From positions 1 through 55,923 of the forward strand of contig JABANN010000182.1 in NCBI GenBank assembly GCA_013115125.1: a stretch of 55,923 bases of DNA, read 5' to 3'. Positions within the stretch are counted from its first letter, which is position 1. Every line of letters begins with the position of its first letter. The stretch comes from Perkinsus olseni (Eukaryota). The notes beneath the pieces are model-generated. The model did no database searches. It had not been told where the DNA came from and worked only from the letters and a program-made list of their open reading frames with translations. Made by a program: the position numbers and the translations under genes. This document shows positions 12,342 through 25,512 of this stretch, in pieces.

Positions 12342-15300
12342 TTATGTCCACATTTGTGGCATGTCACAAGAGCTTAGTTGAGGTGATGTTGGGTCAAGAC
12401 ATTGCTGTGGGTAATCTTCTGTATTCATGTAGTGACCAGGTAGTCTAATATGATCATTAGTTATCAGACATGTATAGCTGAAGTGCTCATTGAAGAGGAT
12501 AGGGCTTACAGGATCCTGAAAACAACAATGATGGGGTGGTGGTGGTGGCCTGTTATCGTAGTACTACCATATATTGATAAAGCCCATTCTCTTTGAACAA
12601 CTGTAGAGCTGGTTTAATACCCCAGGCATTTGATATAACATAACCTCTAGAATTCATCTTGCCAACCTCATCACCTGATAACAATCATCACGACTACTCA
12701 ACAATCGGAGCAGCATGACTCGTTACTGCCAAATATCATGAGAACTTTATCCTCCTCATCCAGTGTCCATCCCCACTCGTTAGCTAATGAGTTTTTAGAG
12801 CATACACCAGCACTATCGAGGGGTGTAGTCTCCAAGGCCAAACTCATCTTACTCCTTCCATCAGCCCCAACCAGCGATCTTTGACGTAAATATCGAGCCC
12901 CAAACGAAGCCCATCCGGTATACTAAACAGAAGACAACAATCGGGCATGGTGATGATGATGACAGTAATGATGTACTCACCTTCATATCCCAGTACTCAC
13001 CAACACCCGCTGCCCATGATGGTGTATTATCATCAGGGGCTGCAGAATTGGGCCAGAACCCCATAGGGTTATAACGGTATCGATTGTTGATATCAATAAT
13101 AGCAGCATTAGTGAAGTCCGCCCGTTGACCATCAACCAATGGCACACCATCACCCGGTGTATACTCCTTGAGACCCTTCTGGACTGTAGCTGTAGGACCA
13201 ATGATATCAACTGCCGTATCACTACGTCCAAGCTGCCAAGGGTAGAAGAACTGTGCAGGGGATGTCTGATAGGTACCAACTGATACCCCATCTAGATAGC
13301 GATGCATACAGTTAACAATGGAGAAGTCATCAGCAGCCTTGGATACATAATTAGCATCACCAACAGCAGCGTTGTTGGCTGCTACACAGCATGGACATAC
13401 CCAATCAGTGAGTACACCATTAATAAGGGCTTTCCCTGTACCAAAGGGCGCTGTGAAGAGGCCATAGTAAGGTGAGGTGGCATCATCAACCTCAGCGACA
13501 GTATCATCAACAGCCCATCTTGGTGATACCCAGTTATACGCCTGCTGCATCCATCCAGATAATGTAGTACCTAACAACAGCAGTGATGATGGCAGTACGA
13601 CTGTAGACCTGCTTACGGATCTGATGCCCGTTCTCCCAGTCAATATCTGATATTCTATTATTCCTATCATCTACCAACTTCCTAGCATGCCTCAGTAGAC
13701 GCCAATACGCCTCCCCCACAGCAGCTGGTACAGACCAATGGGTTATCGGACCCCATTTATAATCAGCTGACCCTGAGGTGGTGATGCTGATAATACGAAT
13801 GTTGTTATTGTTGTTGATGGTTATTACCTGGATAACCTGTACCAATAGGATGCAGAGTGTGGTCGTAGAGGTCCCCAAGTGGACTGACATGTGATAGTTG
13901 GAATAGTTCAATATCGAGATAGATGTCAATAACTGGTCTTGGGCCAAGGTCAGGTCGTAGATCCGAGTCCAGGAAGTCGAATACTCTCTTGATGTAGTTG
14001 ATGGTCAGATCATAGTCATCAACACTAGTAGCTGAAGGAGTGGTATGGCTGAGTGTGCAGTCCCATCAACATCACGACTTACCAGCTTCGTTATTGGGAT
14101 AGTACTTAGACCATAGAGGGCCTTGTTTATGGACGTTCTGCTCGGTATCCTCACAGCGACTACCAACTCTACTGCAATCAGCATTCAACTGCGTCCTTCC
14201 ACCAAACTGTACACCATCAATAGGATCCACATGTTGGCCCAATACCATACCAAAGCGTAATGATCTGAACCCAGCCTGCATAAGACTGATCGGTATCCTC
14301 ACTATATCTGAGAATAAGATTAGCACACTAGAAAAAGAGGAGGTGGTGATGATGTGGTAGGATCACCTCCAGTCTTTTCATCCTGGAACATGAGGCTCTC
14401 TATGTACGTCTTAACGCTTCTATAGACATGTTCTCGAGCTACATCAGCATTACCACCATAACAGGGGTCTGCTTCCAACCACCCATCTTCAGTACATAAA
14501 GGTGGATTACCACACAACAGCTCAGCCCACTGTATAACTCTAGCACCCAGACTTCTACCAAGATCGGGTATGGGGTCATATACATTAAGGAATAGTTGTT
14601 GAACCGGCGTGAAGGCATCCTCAGTGGGACCACACATATAACGATACTCCTGACCAGCAGCCTTGGGCTCCCATACATACATTAGATTGCCACTACGACT
14701 ATCTGTCTTCACACCTGATGGATGATGATAAGAACAAATACGTGGTAGTGGAGTAGTAGAACATACATTGACTATCAGTTGTTTGTTGCCATCCCCATGG
14801 CGAACACCATATGGCATTGTCCAACCTACACCAACAACATCAATACGGATAGACGCTATCACACATCTTACCAATTGAAGACGCCATACTGTCCCTTCCT
14901 CCCTTTCATCATGGATCCACTTGTTGGTGAAGTTGTGGTAGTCTCTTCCACCGTTGTAGTCGATGAGTCTGTAGTGGTGACACTACTACCAGTAGTGGAA
15001 CCCTCCAGAGTCGTTGTTTCCATAACCGTTGCAGTAGTAGTGTCAAGAGTGGTAGTTGGTGAAGGAGTGGTAGTGCTGGCAGCAGTAGTACAACTACACT
15101 GAGTACTCGTACCCTGGCAATAGGAAGGTGTAGACCAATGTTTACAATAAGACCCAGCAAGTATATTGGAACAGTAGATATCAGCTGTAGTACAATCAGG
15201 TGGACCATCCGTTTGCCCTCCAGTAGTAGCAACAACACTTGCTGTTGTTGGTGCTTCCGCCGTAGTAAGAGCAGCCGTACTACTACCAATAGTAGGCATG

Positions 15301-15557
15301 GCCTTGGTCGTAGTTACAGTGGTAGTAGGGAGGTCAGGGGTGGTAGTACGAATAACGTCACACGAGCATGTTTGGGTATAAGAGGTATGGCATGTGGATG
15401 GTGTCTTCCAGTACATACAATAATCATTATTATTATTGGATACACCCTTACAGTACTGATCACCCTCATAACAAGTCATACCATGGACAACCCTGTTGAT
15501 GTCAGTTATGACGAAGAGGAGTGGAATGATGACGGTATGTTGCCTTGGCAACCACAT
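12342..15557 (-). CDS. Secreted modular protein: two Cys-rich modules, Thr-rich stalk and a large globular (possibly glycoside-hydrolase-like) domain
   Basis: Signal peptide MWLPRQHTVIIPLLFVI. Modules CYEGDQYC..YCMYW..C..CSC and CTTADIYC..YCKHW..C..CSC. Thr/Ser linkers. Downstream exons include IYLDIE and MSLALET; ends PQMWT-stop at 12342. Confidence 0.65.
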
Positions 15558-16619
15558 AAGGACGGTCGACAAACAGCAACTGACGAGAATGATAACTCAT
15601 CATTATTACGATCATGACATGAATGAGTTCGAGCAGTAGGCACGCTAGTCGCCTCACTAGGTAGACTGTCTGCTGCCTCACAAGAGTGTCTCAACTTGTG
15701 GCGTGTTCAACCCTAGTCTGATTCCCATTACCCCTGAAATGATACCTTACGGGCATCGTTACTCGAGTTTTATGGCCATCCCCGCTGAGTTAGACGATCC
15801 CCACCGTGAAGGCGGTCATCCATCGGCAACAACAGTGTTTATAATGGACAAAGGGTTGATGAGGTGTATAACCCTGGCAGGGATGGTAACGTCATTGATA
15901 TCGTCGAGTAGAGCATCAGGCATGTGTTACCAGATGTAATATGTCCCCTGGTAAGCACGTAAACTGATAGCGAAGCATGACGACTAGCATAAAGTATACC
16001 ACTGTCCTTGTTGGTGATGTCTTGACGATCATCATCATGATATCTGTTGATTACAACTCAAGTCCTTCTTATGGCAGCGAAATTAACTACTCGCTGTGAT
16101 GCAATATACATCGAAGAGTAGGAAAATTGTATCACCAACACACCACCAACGGTACATGGTAACTCAATGATTGTTTGCTGGTGGTGATGATGATGACAGT
16201 GAAGGTATTCCAGTGTCTAGTATACCACCAAACCGAGGTAACTCATCGATGGGCCGAGACTCGGCCGCCGAGTACACCGGTAATAATACGTATACGTTTA
16301 TTAAAGAATTAACTTATCTACTGCTTATATCCCGTGTCTTCTTTCTGCTTCCCAAAGGACGTGTTGATGTGGCAGTGAGTAGCAGGGTTGTCTGTGGGAT
16401 ACCTCTGCATCAAGGAGTTATCCGAGTTTTCAGTGGATCTGAGCACTGAGAAGTCCAAACGGTCCAACGGTCGACTTTTTCATTCTCACAACACTCTACA
16501 AACTCGAGAGAACAACAACGACCGAAATATTTCGTGTAGGGGGGATGATGATAATCTTGCTATCTTGCTTCTCCTTTTAATTCCTCAACGATGTGGCGGA
16601 TCAGCGTAGTTCCAACGGT

Positions 16620-17265
16620 ATGTCAGTCGGAGCCATCAGGCAACACAGAAGGGCTGTCTGCCGAGGATGAGTAGTATCTTAGGTCGACCCTGGTCATACT
16701 CGGGGAGGGGAATACTTTATTTGTTGTGGTATTGGTTTTTACATGTCGGCTCATGAAGCAGTGGACAACAATGATACCACTATTAATGGCGACAGCAGTA
16801 TACCACCATTGAATAGACATAGTGATGGTAGTAATAAGACGCCCGATGCTGGTGTTGCTCATGGTGATCATACTTAGTTGATAAGAATATTAAAGGGCAT
16901 CTATTATTACCCCCTTGGTCTGTTATACAGCATCAATTACATCAGCATAGAAGGTATCCACGATACACCTCCGAGGGCATACCAATGCGTAAGAACGGAC
17001 TACAATGGCCATGGCATAGATATCAGTGTGCAACTATGTAATAATAACAACACTCGACTAGGGGGTGTCCTTATTATTATTATACAGATTCTTATGGTCA
17101 TTTGATGTAGCATGGTATGCTACCTTCCAACTACAGATGTTACAACCATTAGCAGTCGAAATAGTATTACCCATAATATTCTATGCATCAGCCCTCTTAA
17201 TGGCCATAATGGGCCTCATCACCATGGTAATAACAACATAATCATCATCACCAACACCATCATCG

Positions 17266-17337
<72 letters not shown>

Positions 17338-18666
17338 GTACATTGATCCCGCTGATTCCTGCATATTTGATGAGACTATAGCAGACGCATCACCTAATGG
17401 AGGCTCTCTCTATTGCAGTGGATGCAATTCATTTGTGTAATACACCCCGAACTGTCAACATCATACCACTCCATCCCGGACTCCTCTCCCTTCAGATGTA
17501 CCGGCTCCAAGCATTGTAGAGTGTGTAACAAGTGTGTACGTAATTTCGATCATCATTGTAAGTGGTTGAACACATGCGTTGGCAGGTGAGTGCATTCTGC
17601 TACTACGCCTCCCAGTTAGTCCCTTGCTCAGCTTGAACTATAAGTTCTTTGCCTGGTCTCTTGGATCCACTGTCATATGTACCGGAGTGTATGTTGCCTG
17701 TTGTATTATAATACTATCATTCAATGATATCGATCGATGGAATGCCCTCTATGGTTGGGGTGAAGGCTCATACTACCCACTACAGGTAATGGTACTCCTG
17801 GCTAATGATGATGTTGTATCATCGTCATTATTAGATTATACCTCTCGTCATCAACAGCCTCTTCTTCATTGGGGCATCACATCTAGCTGCCTTCCATATC
17901 TACCTTACTATAACTGGTATAACAACATACGAGTAAGTTGCACAGGTATAGACGATAGGCGGTCATGCCCCCCTATCAGGTTTATAATAGGTAGACGGAA
18001 TAGGAAACATCAGCAGCAGCAGCAGCAGCAGGAGCAGTCATCGACACCTCCTCACCCGAGTGTATCATCATCATCATCATCAGAGCCGGACAGTAGTAGC
18101 AGACGGAGTAGCTCTATGAATAGAGTAATGCCCATGGATGATGATACTGGTAGTAGTAGTAGTAGTAGTAGTGGAGGGGTGATGCTGGAGAGCGATGGTA
18201 ATAGGAATAGCGCTAGTTATGGTAGGTAATCGTGATAGGATAGCCTCTACTGGTATTGGAGTGGGCGCTCTACCATCACATGACCACCACCAACAGCAAG
18301 AGGAGGTTACGGTAGTAGTATAACTCGGCGGCGGCGGCAGTAGTAGTAGTTGTACTACTAAAGTGTGATCAGGGTGATGACATCAGTACGTCGCAACATC
18401 ACCATCACCACCATCTCTCACGCCGATCATCAATGGACCTCGAATCAATAGCTGAGAGTAACTGGTATAACTGCCCTTCACCAGTAACTATTATTCTGGC
18501 AGGTGTTGGTGTGTCGGTCGGCCAAGTTGATAACCCAAGGCAGCCTACAATACAGGAATTAGCAGCAATAGCATCATCATCTCCTAACAGTAGTAGTCAC
18601 TGGATAAGTTATGGATCGAATGGTATGCATGATAATACTACAACCACCAACAATCAACAACAATAA
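16620..18666 (+). CDS. DHHC-type protein S-palmitoyltransferase
   Basis: 17500-17585 encodes [26 protein letters not shown], followed after an intron by LNYKFF and TM segments; upstream IDPAD motif. Both ends approximate. Confidence 0.9.
17268..17336. repeat. (ATT)n microsatellite in a DHHC intron
   Basis: About 23 perfect ATT units directly before an AG acceptor. Confidence 0.95.
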
Positions 18667-18963
18667 CAACAGAGTATAATACCACAATCAATCGACCATC
18701 ACCCCTGCTCCCACTGCTGCTGCTAATGGTGATTATGTAGCACGATCGTCTTCCACATGTCCTTGTTATTGTTGTTGTTGACATTACTGTCCTCCACTAC
18801 GTATAGTATTTAGATGTATTATGTTAATACCATACCACAATTCTCACAACCAAAACCATTTAACCCCAGTGGGTATACCCCACCACCCTCACTGCCTTGT
18901 GTTGAAGTCTTTAATCACACGTCAAGCATGATGGTATCTTTCCCAGTCCTTCTACTACTGTCC

Positions 18964-19810
18964 ATGAATGCTCATACCGGAGCCTGGCATCTCAAGAAGG
19001 TTATCATAAGATACAGGTAGTAGTACTGCTGCTGCACCTGAGGAGGGCCATCCCACCTCCCCTCAGTGAGACTGGAGGCTCGAGTTTGGGCGTTCGATTC
19101 TTCTTCCGACATTTATTACAGCCATGGAGGGACCGGAACCCACAAGTATTATTCACGATTAGTCGTGTCATAGTCATAGTCATAGTCGCTGATGTTGTAG
19201 GTTGAAGTAATAACAACTCATAGCCAATACGAGCATCCACAATTGACCGGTGAATGGGCAAGTGGTGACACCTATACAACTAATATGAGGAAACTACGCC
19301 CATGGCAGGTAGTAGTAGTAGGAGGTACTGTAATGACAGTAGTGCAGCAGATAGAAGATCTCATGAACCTTTATCGTAATAGTGAAGGACCAAACCTCTT
19401 CCTCCGCCATGGCGGGCCTAGGATATGGACCGAGCGTCGGAGTATTCAGGGATTATGGCAGCCCTCACCCGAGGGTAACAACAACAGCTAACATTTACAT
19501 GGAGTACTTCATCATCAACATTACAGGTGCGTTGGTGGCACTGAAATGGTTCCATAAACCCGACAAACCCCCAGTGTACTTAAAATACAGTCCAACCTCT
19601 GTCAAACTAGCCCGACAACATATATCATACGGCAAAGGAAGGTAACAGGAACGAGACTGGTTGTAGTTGTATTCATGTTGAACTTGGTGTGTTGTTAGGT
19701 GGGGGCAGATATCAACTACCGAGAATGATGATGATGATCATGCTGATGTTAGTAAAGGCTTCAATCGCCGTGAATTAGAAGATATATTCAAATCGCCCTT
19801 TATAGCCTGA
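18964..19810 (+). CDS. MRPL43: Mitochondrial ribosomal protein mL43 (L51/S25/CI-B8 fold)
   Basis: MNAHTGAWHLKKVIIRY/SETGGSSLGVRFFF..WRDRNPQVLF..LYRNSEG..SIQGLWQP matches the mL43 pattern (G-W-L-K..Y..GSSxGVRxF..NPxV..SIQGxW). Confidence 0.75.
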
Positions 19811-19926
19811 TGTTGATGGTGGTCGCCATGTTTCTGTTACACACACTTCACTTGAGTGGTAGTTATAATATCTGGTAACTTCATTATCATTAGTATATTA
19901 GTAGTCATCATCACCATCATTGTCCA

Positions 19927-21185
19927 ATGGTACTCTACTATGCAGCTTTAGATTTCGAATGTAGTATTATCACCCAAGAATGGTAGTAGTAGTAGGATTG
20001 ATGATGTGTGATGTAGGTACTTGCTGTGACCAAACCCCTCAATCAGAATGGTTGAATGAGATTATAGAGTTCCCTGTGGTATTTGTTAATTCCCGTACAC
20101 TGCAAGTGGACTTCTCATTTCATTCCTATGTTAAACCAATTGAACAGAGTAATAATAACAAAAACCGAAACAAACATTCGACCCGCCCAATCTTGCTGCT
20201 GCTGACGTCAGGAGCTCTCACGGACTTCTGCACGCAACTAACCGGGATAGTTCAGAACCAAGTGACGGATGCACCGGAGCTGCCTGATGTAATAATAGAG
20301 TCTAAATCGATCATGGGGGAGTGTTGTATAGGTATTGGACATGTTCCAAGCATTCCTCGATGATCATGGTCTAACGCCTATCGGTCGGTTGTCGAAGAAG
20401 CAAGCTCAATCATTAATACAACAACAGCTACGGGTGATGGTGAGTACATCCCCAACAAGGTCATCTAGAGGGATTAACAACAGCAAGGAGAAGCAGCAGC
20501 AGCAGCAGCAGCAGCAAGACCAATTCGTTATATGTATACCCAACTATCAACACTCCATGTATCATTAGTGAAAGTATTATGAGTAGGTACTGATGGCCCT
20601 TGGGACATATTTAAATTTCTGGTACCAGAATGTCTCCGTAAACGGATACCGATACCCCAATGGGCTCTACACTACGCTGACGTTAGGAGACATTTCCAGT
20701 AAATATGATGATACTTCTCCTCCTCCTCGTCATCTCTGTCGTTGTTGAATAGATATGCTCTTCGACTGGAGAAGTGGTGTAGTATATCAAGTATGTTAGA
20801 GATGCTTGGGCTAACATTCGAAGGAAGACAACATAGTGGCATTGATGATGCTACTAATATAGCTACTATAATAATAACACTCGCAAATGATCGGGTAGTA
20901 ATAAATATGATCCACAACACCTGGGCATCGTCATCATTGTTCTCCTCTCAGAGTCAGACTATGTTCACTAATCGACATGTGGATGTTCATTCAACACCTG
21001 ACCTCGTTAATGCAGCTTTGATATTGGATGCCAATCCATCATTTTATAGTAATGTTAATTGGAGTATGATGGTTGATGATGATACCAGAGGAAGGAGGCG
21101 TCGACAAGAATCCAAGGTTGATGATAATTCAAATCGTTCTCAGGATTATCGTCTTTGTTGTACAGTTGATGCTAAAAGCTCATAA
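19927..21185 (+). CDS. ERI1-family DEDDh 3'-5' exoribonuclease
   Basis: YAALDFECTC..EIIEFP, FHSYVKP, LTDFCTQLTGI, TDGPWD, GLTFEGRQHSGIDDATNI across short introns. Confidence 0.9.
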
Positions 21186-21525
21186 CTCATTACTTCTTCA
21201 TATCATTCAACTCCCTCACGAGTTACACAACAACAACAACAACCACCACCACCATAATAATAATCATCATTACCAATAATTCTTCAGTCAACTAACGTTC
21301 TCAGCTTTTCTTGTCTTGTGTTGTTCTATAGGCGTTCTTCAAGAACCACTCATCTGTCCAACACCCTCGACGCTTCACTAGTGGGGTATAACCGTTGCAT
21401 GGTGACCCCATCATACCATCAGCATGGTCAAGTAAGCGTCGGTTTCCGTCATGCCTATCACATGTTAATGCTGCTGATAACACAAATACTGCAATTGAGT
21501 AATGAAAATCGCTAGACAAAATCCA

Positions 21526-21847
21526 TCAATGGTGTAGTTCATTGCCGGTTGCTAAGATAGCCGGTATCTCATTGGGCACACTCATCTCCTCTACCGTCGG
21601 ATCTTCAACCATCGGCATCCTTGCACGCTTAGTCTCTTCAATGGCGACTTCTTCCGGTACCTCATGATGATACACAACTAGAACCTAGAATGTATTGTAT
21701 TGTAGTGTCGGGTGAGAGTACATCGGGTATGCTCCAGGAAAGGTAGAGCTTGAAGGTTATAAGAGAATGTTCGATAACAACACATCGCCAAAGGGCATCA
21801 TTCCTTACAGGTCCACTACCCTCAGGCACGTGGGTGAACTGAACCTG

Positions 21848-21891
<44 letters not shown>

Positions 21892-24312
21892 GTTATTGAT
21901 GATGATGACGTTTCCTACATATAACAAGCATACATTGGTAACAACACCCAATATTGATATGATCTCCAGTGTATCGATCCATGTACCTGTTCGCAGAGAA
22001 TGAGTAATAGCCAATGACGGAAGGGTGCATGTCTACGTGTTGTTTGCATCTGCATCTCATCCGTGTTAACAACACCTCTTATCACTCTCTGTAGTTTGAA
22101 TGAATCGTTGTATCTAGTATGATGTTGATGATGATGCCTAGTATCAGCAGCAGCAGCAGCAGCAGGCACGATACTCACGCTTCGGTCAGAGTATGAATGA
22201 GTGATAGGGGGATGACCAAGGGGTAGACAGCACCAAAACAGACACAAACGGCGAAGTCAACAATCATCTCGAACCTGATACGGATGATAATCACCATGAC
22301 GATGATGAGGATGTGTTCCTACCAATCGTCGAATAAATCGTATTCCTCCTGCTGCCTCTGTTCGTCAATATCCTCCTTCAACGTCGGATGCTCCCTTCCT
22401 TTGGTTTTATGATGCGACTCCAACGCTTCCGACTGTCCCTTGTTATTATCTTTGTTATCGCTACGAGACGACCACCACCGCATCAGCATGGGTAGTCCGA
22501 TCTCTTGGAAGTTGCCGAAGACCTGTTGACCGAGGTCCAGGGTTCAATCCCAACACCCGGTGTTTTATACTCACCTGTTTGACGGTCATGAAGATGAATA
22601 ATTGGTTTTTAAGGTAATCGATATCACAACGATAGAATGCAACATAATAGAACCACCCGAGGTAGTTACAAAGTTGGAATAAAACAAGTTTCAATGATAA
22701 TGACTCAAACCTAGCCACGTAGAACCTGAGAGAAAAGTGCACCGAGTGGGAATCGAACCTGGGTGGATGAAGGCATACTTGTGTTTTTCTTTTTGTGTTA
22801 AATAATTAGCAAGTTTATAATAAGTCTTCTGCCAACCACCACTCAACACTATGACCCAGGCCACTGTCGGTAATGACTGTATTATCATCGAATCCGATAC
22901 TTCCTCTGATAGATCCTGAAAAGTGATAATAATAATACTGTAAGATAAGTTTACTATTCCTACCTGTAGCAGAAGTAAGGCTATGATTATCCCGACCGTT
23001 ATACCAAACATCAACCCAAACCCCATCATGGACACGGCTGCCCTCAGATACTAAAGGAGAATCACCATGATAATATAAACACCATCTTACGGTATCAGCC
23101 CCTCCACTGCTGTCTTCATTCTCCTCCTCCTGCTGCTGCTGCTGCTGCTGCTGCTCGGCACCATCAACTATAGTCGAGGAATCGTCACATTCCAAGGCAC
23201 ACCATTTAAATCGGCATGTGGCGAGCAACCTCTTCCACGACTCGACAAAGAATGTGGCCCAGACTGATACAATAACCTGACATAACCAGCAGCAGCAGCA
23301 TTAGCATCCCCATAATCGATCATCTGGGCGAGCGCTATATGCTCTTATTACACAGGTGATAGCTGCCACTATATACTCCCTTCCACTGAGATAGTCGCAT
23401 CTGAATGCATCCCATGAAGGGTCTACCCTCGGGGTTTATTATTATTACAGTTGTAAGAATATACAAACTCCTGCTAGCGGCAACAACCAAGTTCCATATT
23501 GTTGTAATAACTTATAATATTGGGCAACATCACATCCAAAGACCGGTACAAGATACTTCTCATATGGTGCATCGCATGCCTGAACCCGTATCGATACTCC
23601 CATGGACCCTACTAGTAGTCCTACTCCCCAACAAGTTGCTGCCTCTTTCTGCTCTTTACTATTCCTCAGGGTCCACACAGCCTCCATCTCGATGTTATTA
23701 CTCTTCTTATTGAATACATCCTTCATGAGGCAATGCATCAGTTGGAGTTGTTCTAGCATGACCACGTGATGATGATCATCCGATCGTCGAAGTTGGCCAG
23801 GTATTACCAGTCTTAGTGAAGAATGTCTCGATATTCTCGCTGCCTACAAACCTACTCAACGGCAGATCATTACGGCAATAGATCTGCACCGGAGACTGAT
23901 GATCCCCTTTTTCGTCATCCCCAATAAACTCTTTGACAACTTTCCTGAAAATCTCCTGTGCGCCGCACAGCAACGATTCTGTATCAACCGTAACTCTGAG
24001 TACCTCGATTCTGCCATCTCCATCAGTGGTTGGTAGTCTTGTACGGCGATAGCGACGGTTATAGTCCCTTCGTACGGTTCTAATAGATCATCACACGTGA
24101 TACATCAATGATAGTACAGGGCGGCCCCTACCCGGTGTAACATAGACGCTCCTGAGGCCTATGCTCTCTAACAACGGCTCGACATCTTTCTCGACATCAA
24201 CCTCCTTATCAAAATCCACTAAGAGTAATACCGGGGTCTGCTGGATGTGGGTATCATCATCAAGGCTGTATGCCGAGGTACTCGGGGTCGTTGAAGGGCT
24301 CTTGTGCTCTTC

Positions 24313-24344
<32 letters not shown>

Positions 24345-24387
24345 CTTCTTCTTCTTCTTGCTGTTGTTGTTGTTGGTTTAATGACAT
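21526..24387 (-). CDS. Anoctamin/TMEM16-family membrane protein
   Basis: VWATFFVESWKR, LANYLTQKEKH, FESLSLKLVLFQLCNYLGWFYYVAF, EYDLFDDW/FEMIVDF..FGAVYPL, DSFKL, GTWIDTLEIISILGVVTN. Confidence 0.85.
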
Positions 24388-24580
24388 TTATATTCAGATA
24401 CTGATGAATGATAACAATAATAATAGTATTATCATGGACTCAACACAATAATGGTAGTGAGTAGTGAAAAATAGGAGGAAAAAGGAGGTATAAATGATGG
24501 CACAATTGACAACAACCCAGAGCCAGTGGTGATGGCGGTGGTGATGGCGGTGGTGATGGCGGTGGTGATGTTCTTCCTCT

Positions 24581-25467
24581 TTACAAGATGCCATTGGTTA
24601 TCCTCTGGAAATTATCGTACTGAATGGTACGCCAATTATTAACACTATTATCGATCAGTACAACTATCTTCTCGATGCACGCTTCCTCTGTTAGATGACC
24701 GAAGAATCTGTCATCCATCTGTTTTATCGTGTTCTGTGCTCCTCCTGCTGTCAGACAATCCATTTTACATCCGGACTCCGCCAACATCCGCACCAAGAGT
24801 ATCAGCCTATCACGATGCTTGCGGGCTTCTAGGAAGCCTCTAATAACAAGGGTTCGGAAGTATTCAAACTTGTCGCTGTCTTCCCCTCCAATAACATCAA
24901 TATACTCTTGAGTCAGCTTGAACGGTGCTGTCTCGAAGGCAAAGTTACCCGGGGCATTCGATAACATATACCCAAAATCTATATGTATGAGATGCCCGTC
25001 CCGATCCAATAATAGATTTCCATTATGTCTGTCACGGACCGCAAGGAAGTAGGAGAAAAGGGAGTAAGCCGCTAGACTCTCGATAAAGTTGTTGCGGGCC
25101 CGGTCCAGGGTATCACGAGAATCACTAAAGGACATGCGGAATATGTCGTCCAATGATTTATCCGGGAATTGCTTCTTCAGAGCATCAATCGATATCGTGT
25201 CAGTCAACTGAAAGTGAGAAGTAGTAGCAATAATTGTCACTCAACCTCCGTAGACATTACCATTTCCATGAGCCCAGAGTTGGCATCTACTACAATAGTC
25301 TCATAAGGCTTGAGCCACAGTGGGAGTCTGGCCTCATCAAATATCGATTGCAGTACTCTGAGTACCATAAACACTATACTGATACTAAGAGCATCATTAT
25401 TACCTAACCAACTGGCCGGCCAGAACCTCTTGTCGAACATCGTCACCGCCCTTCACCATAACCTATA

Positions 25468-25512
<45 letters not shown>

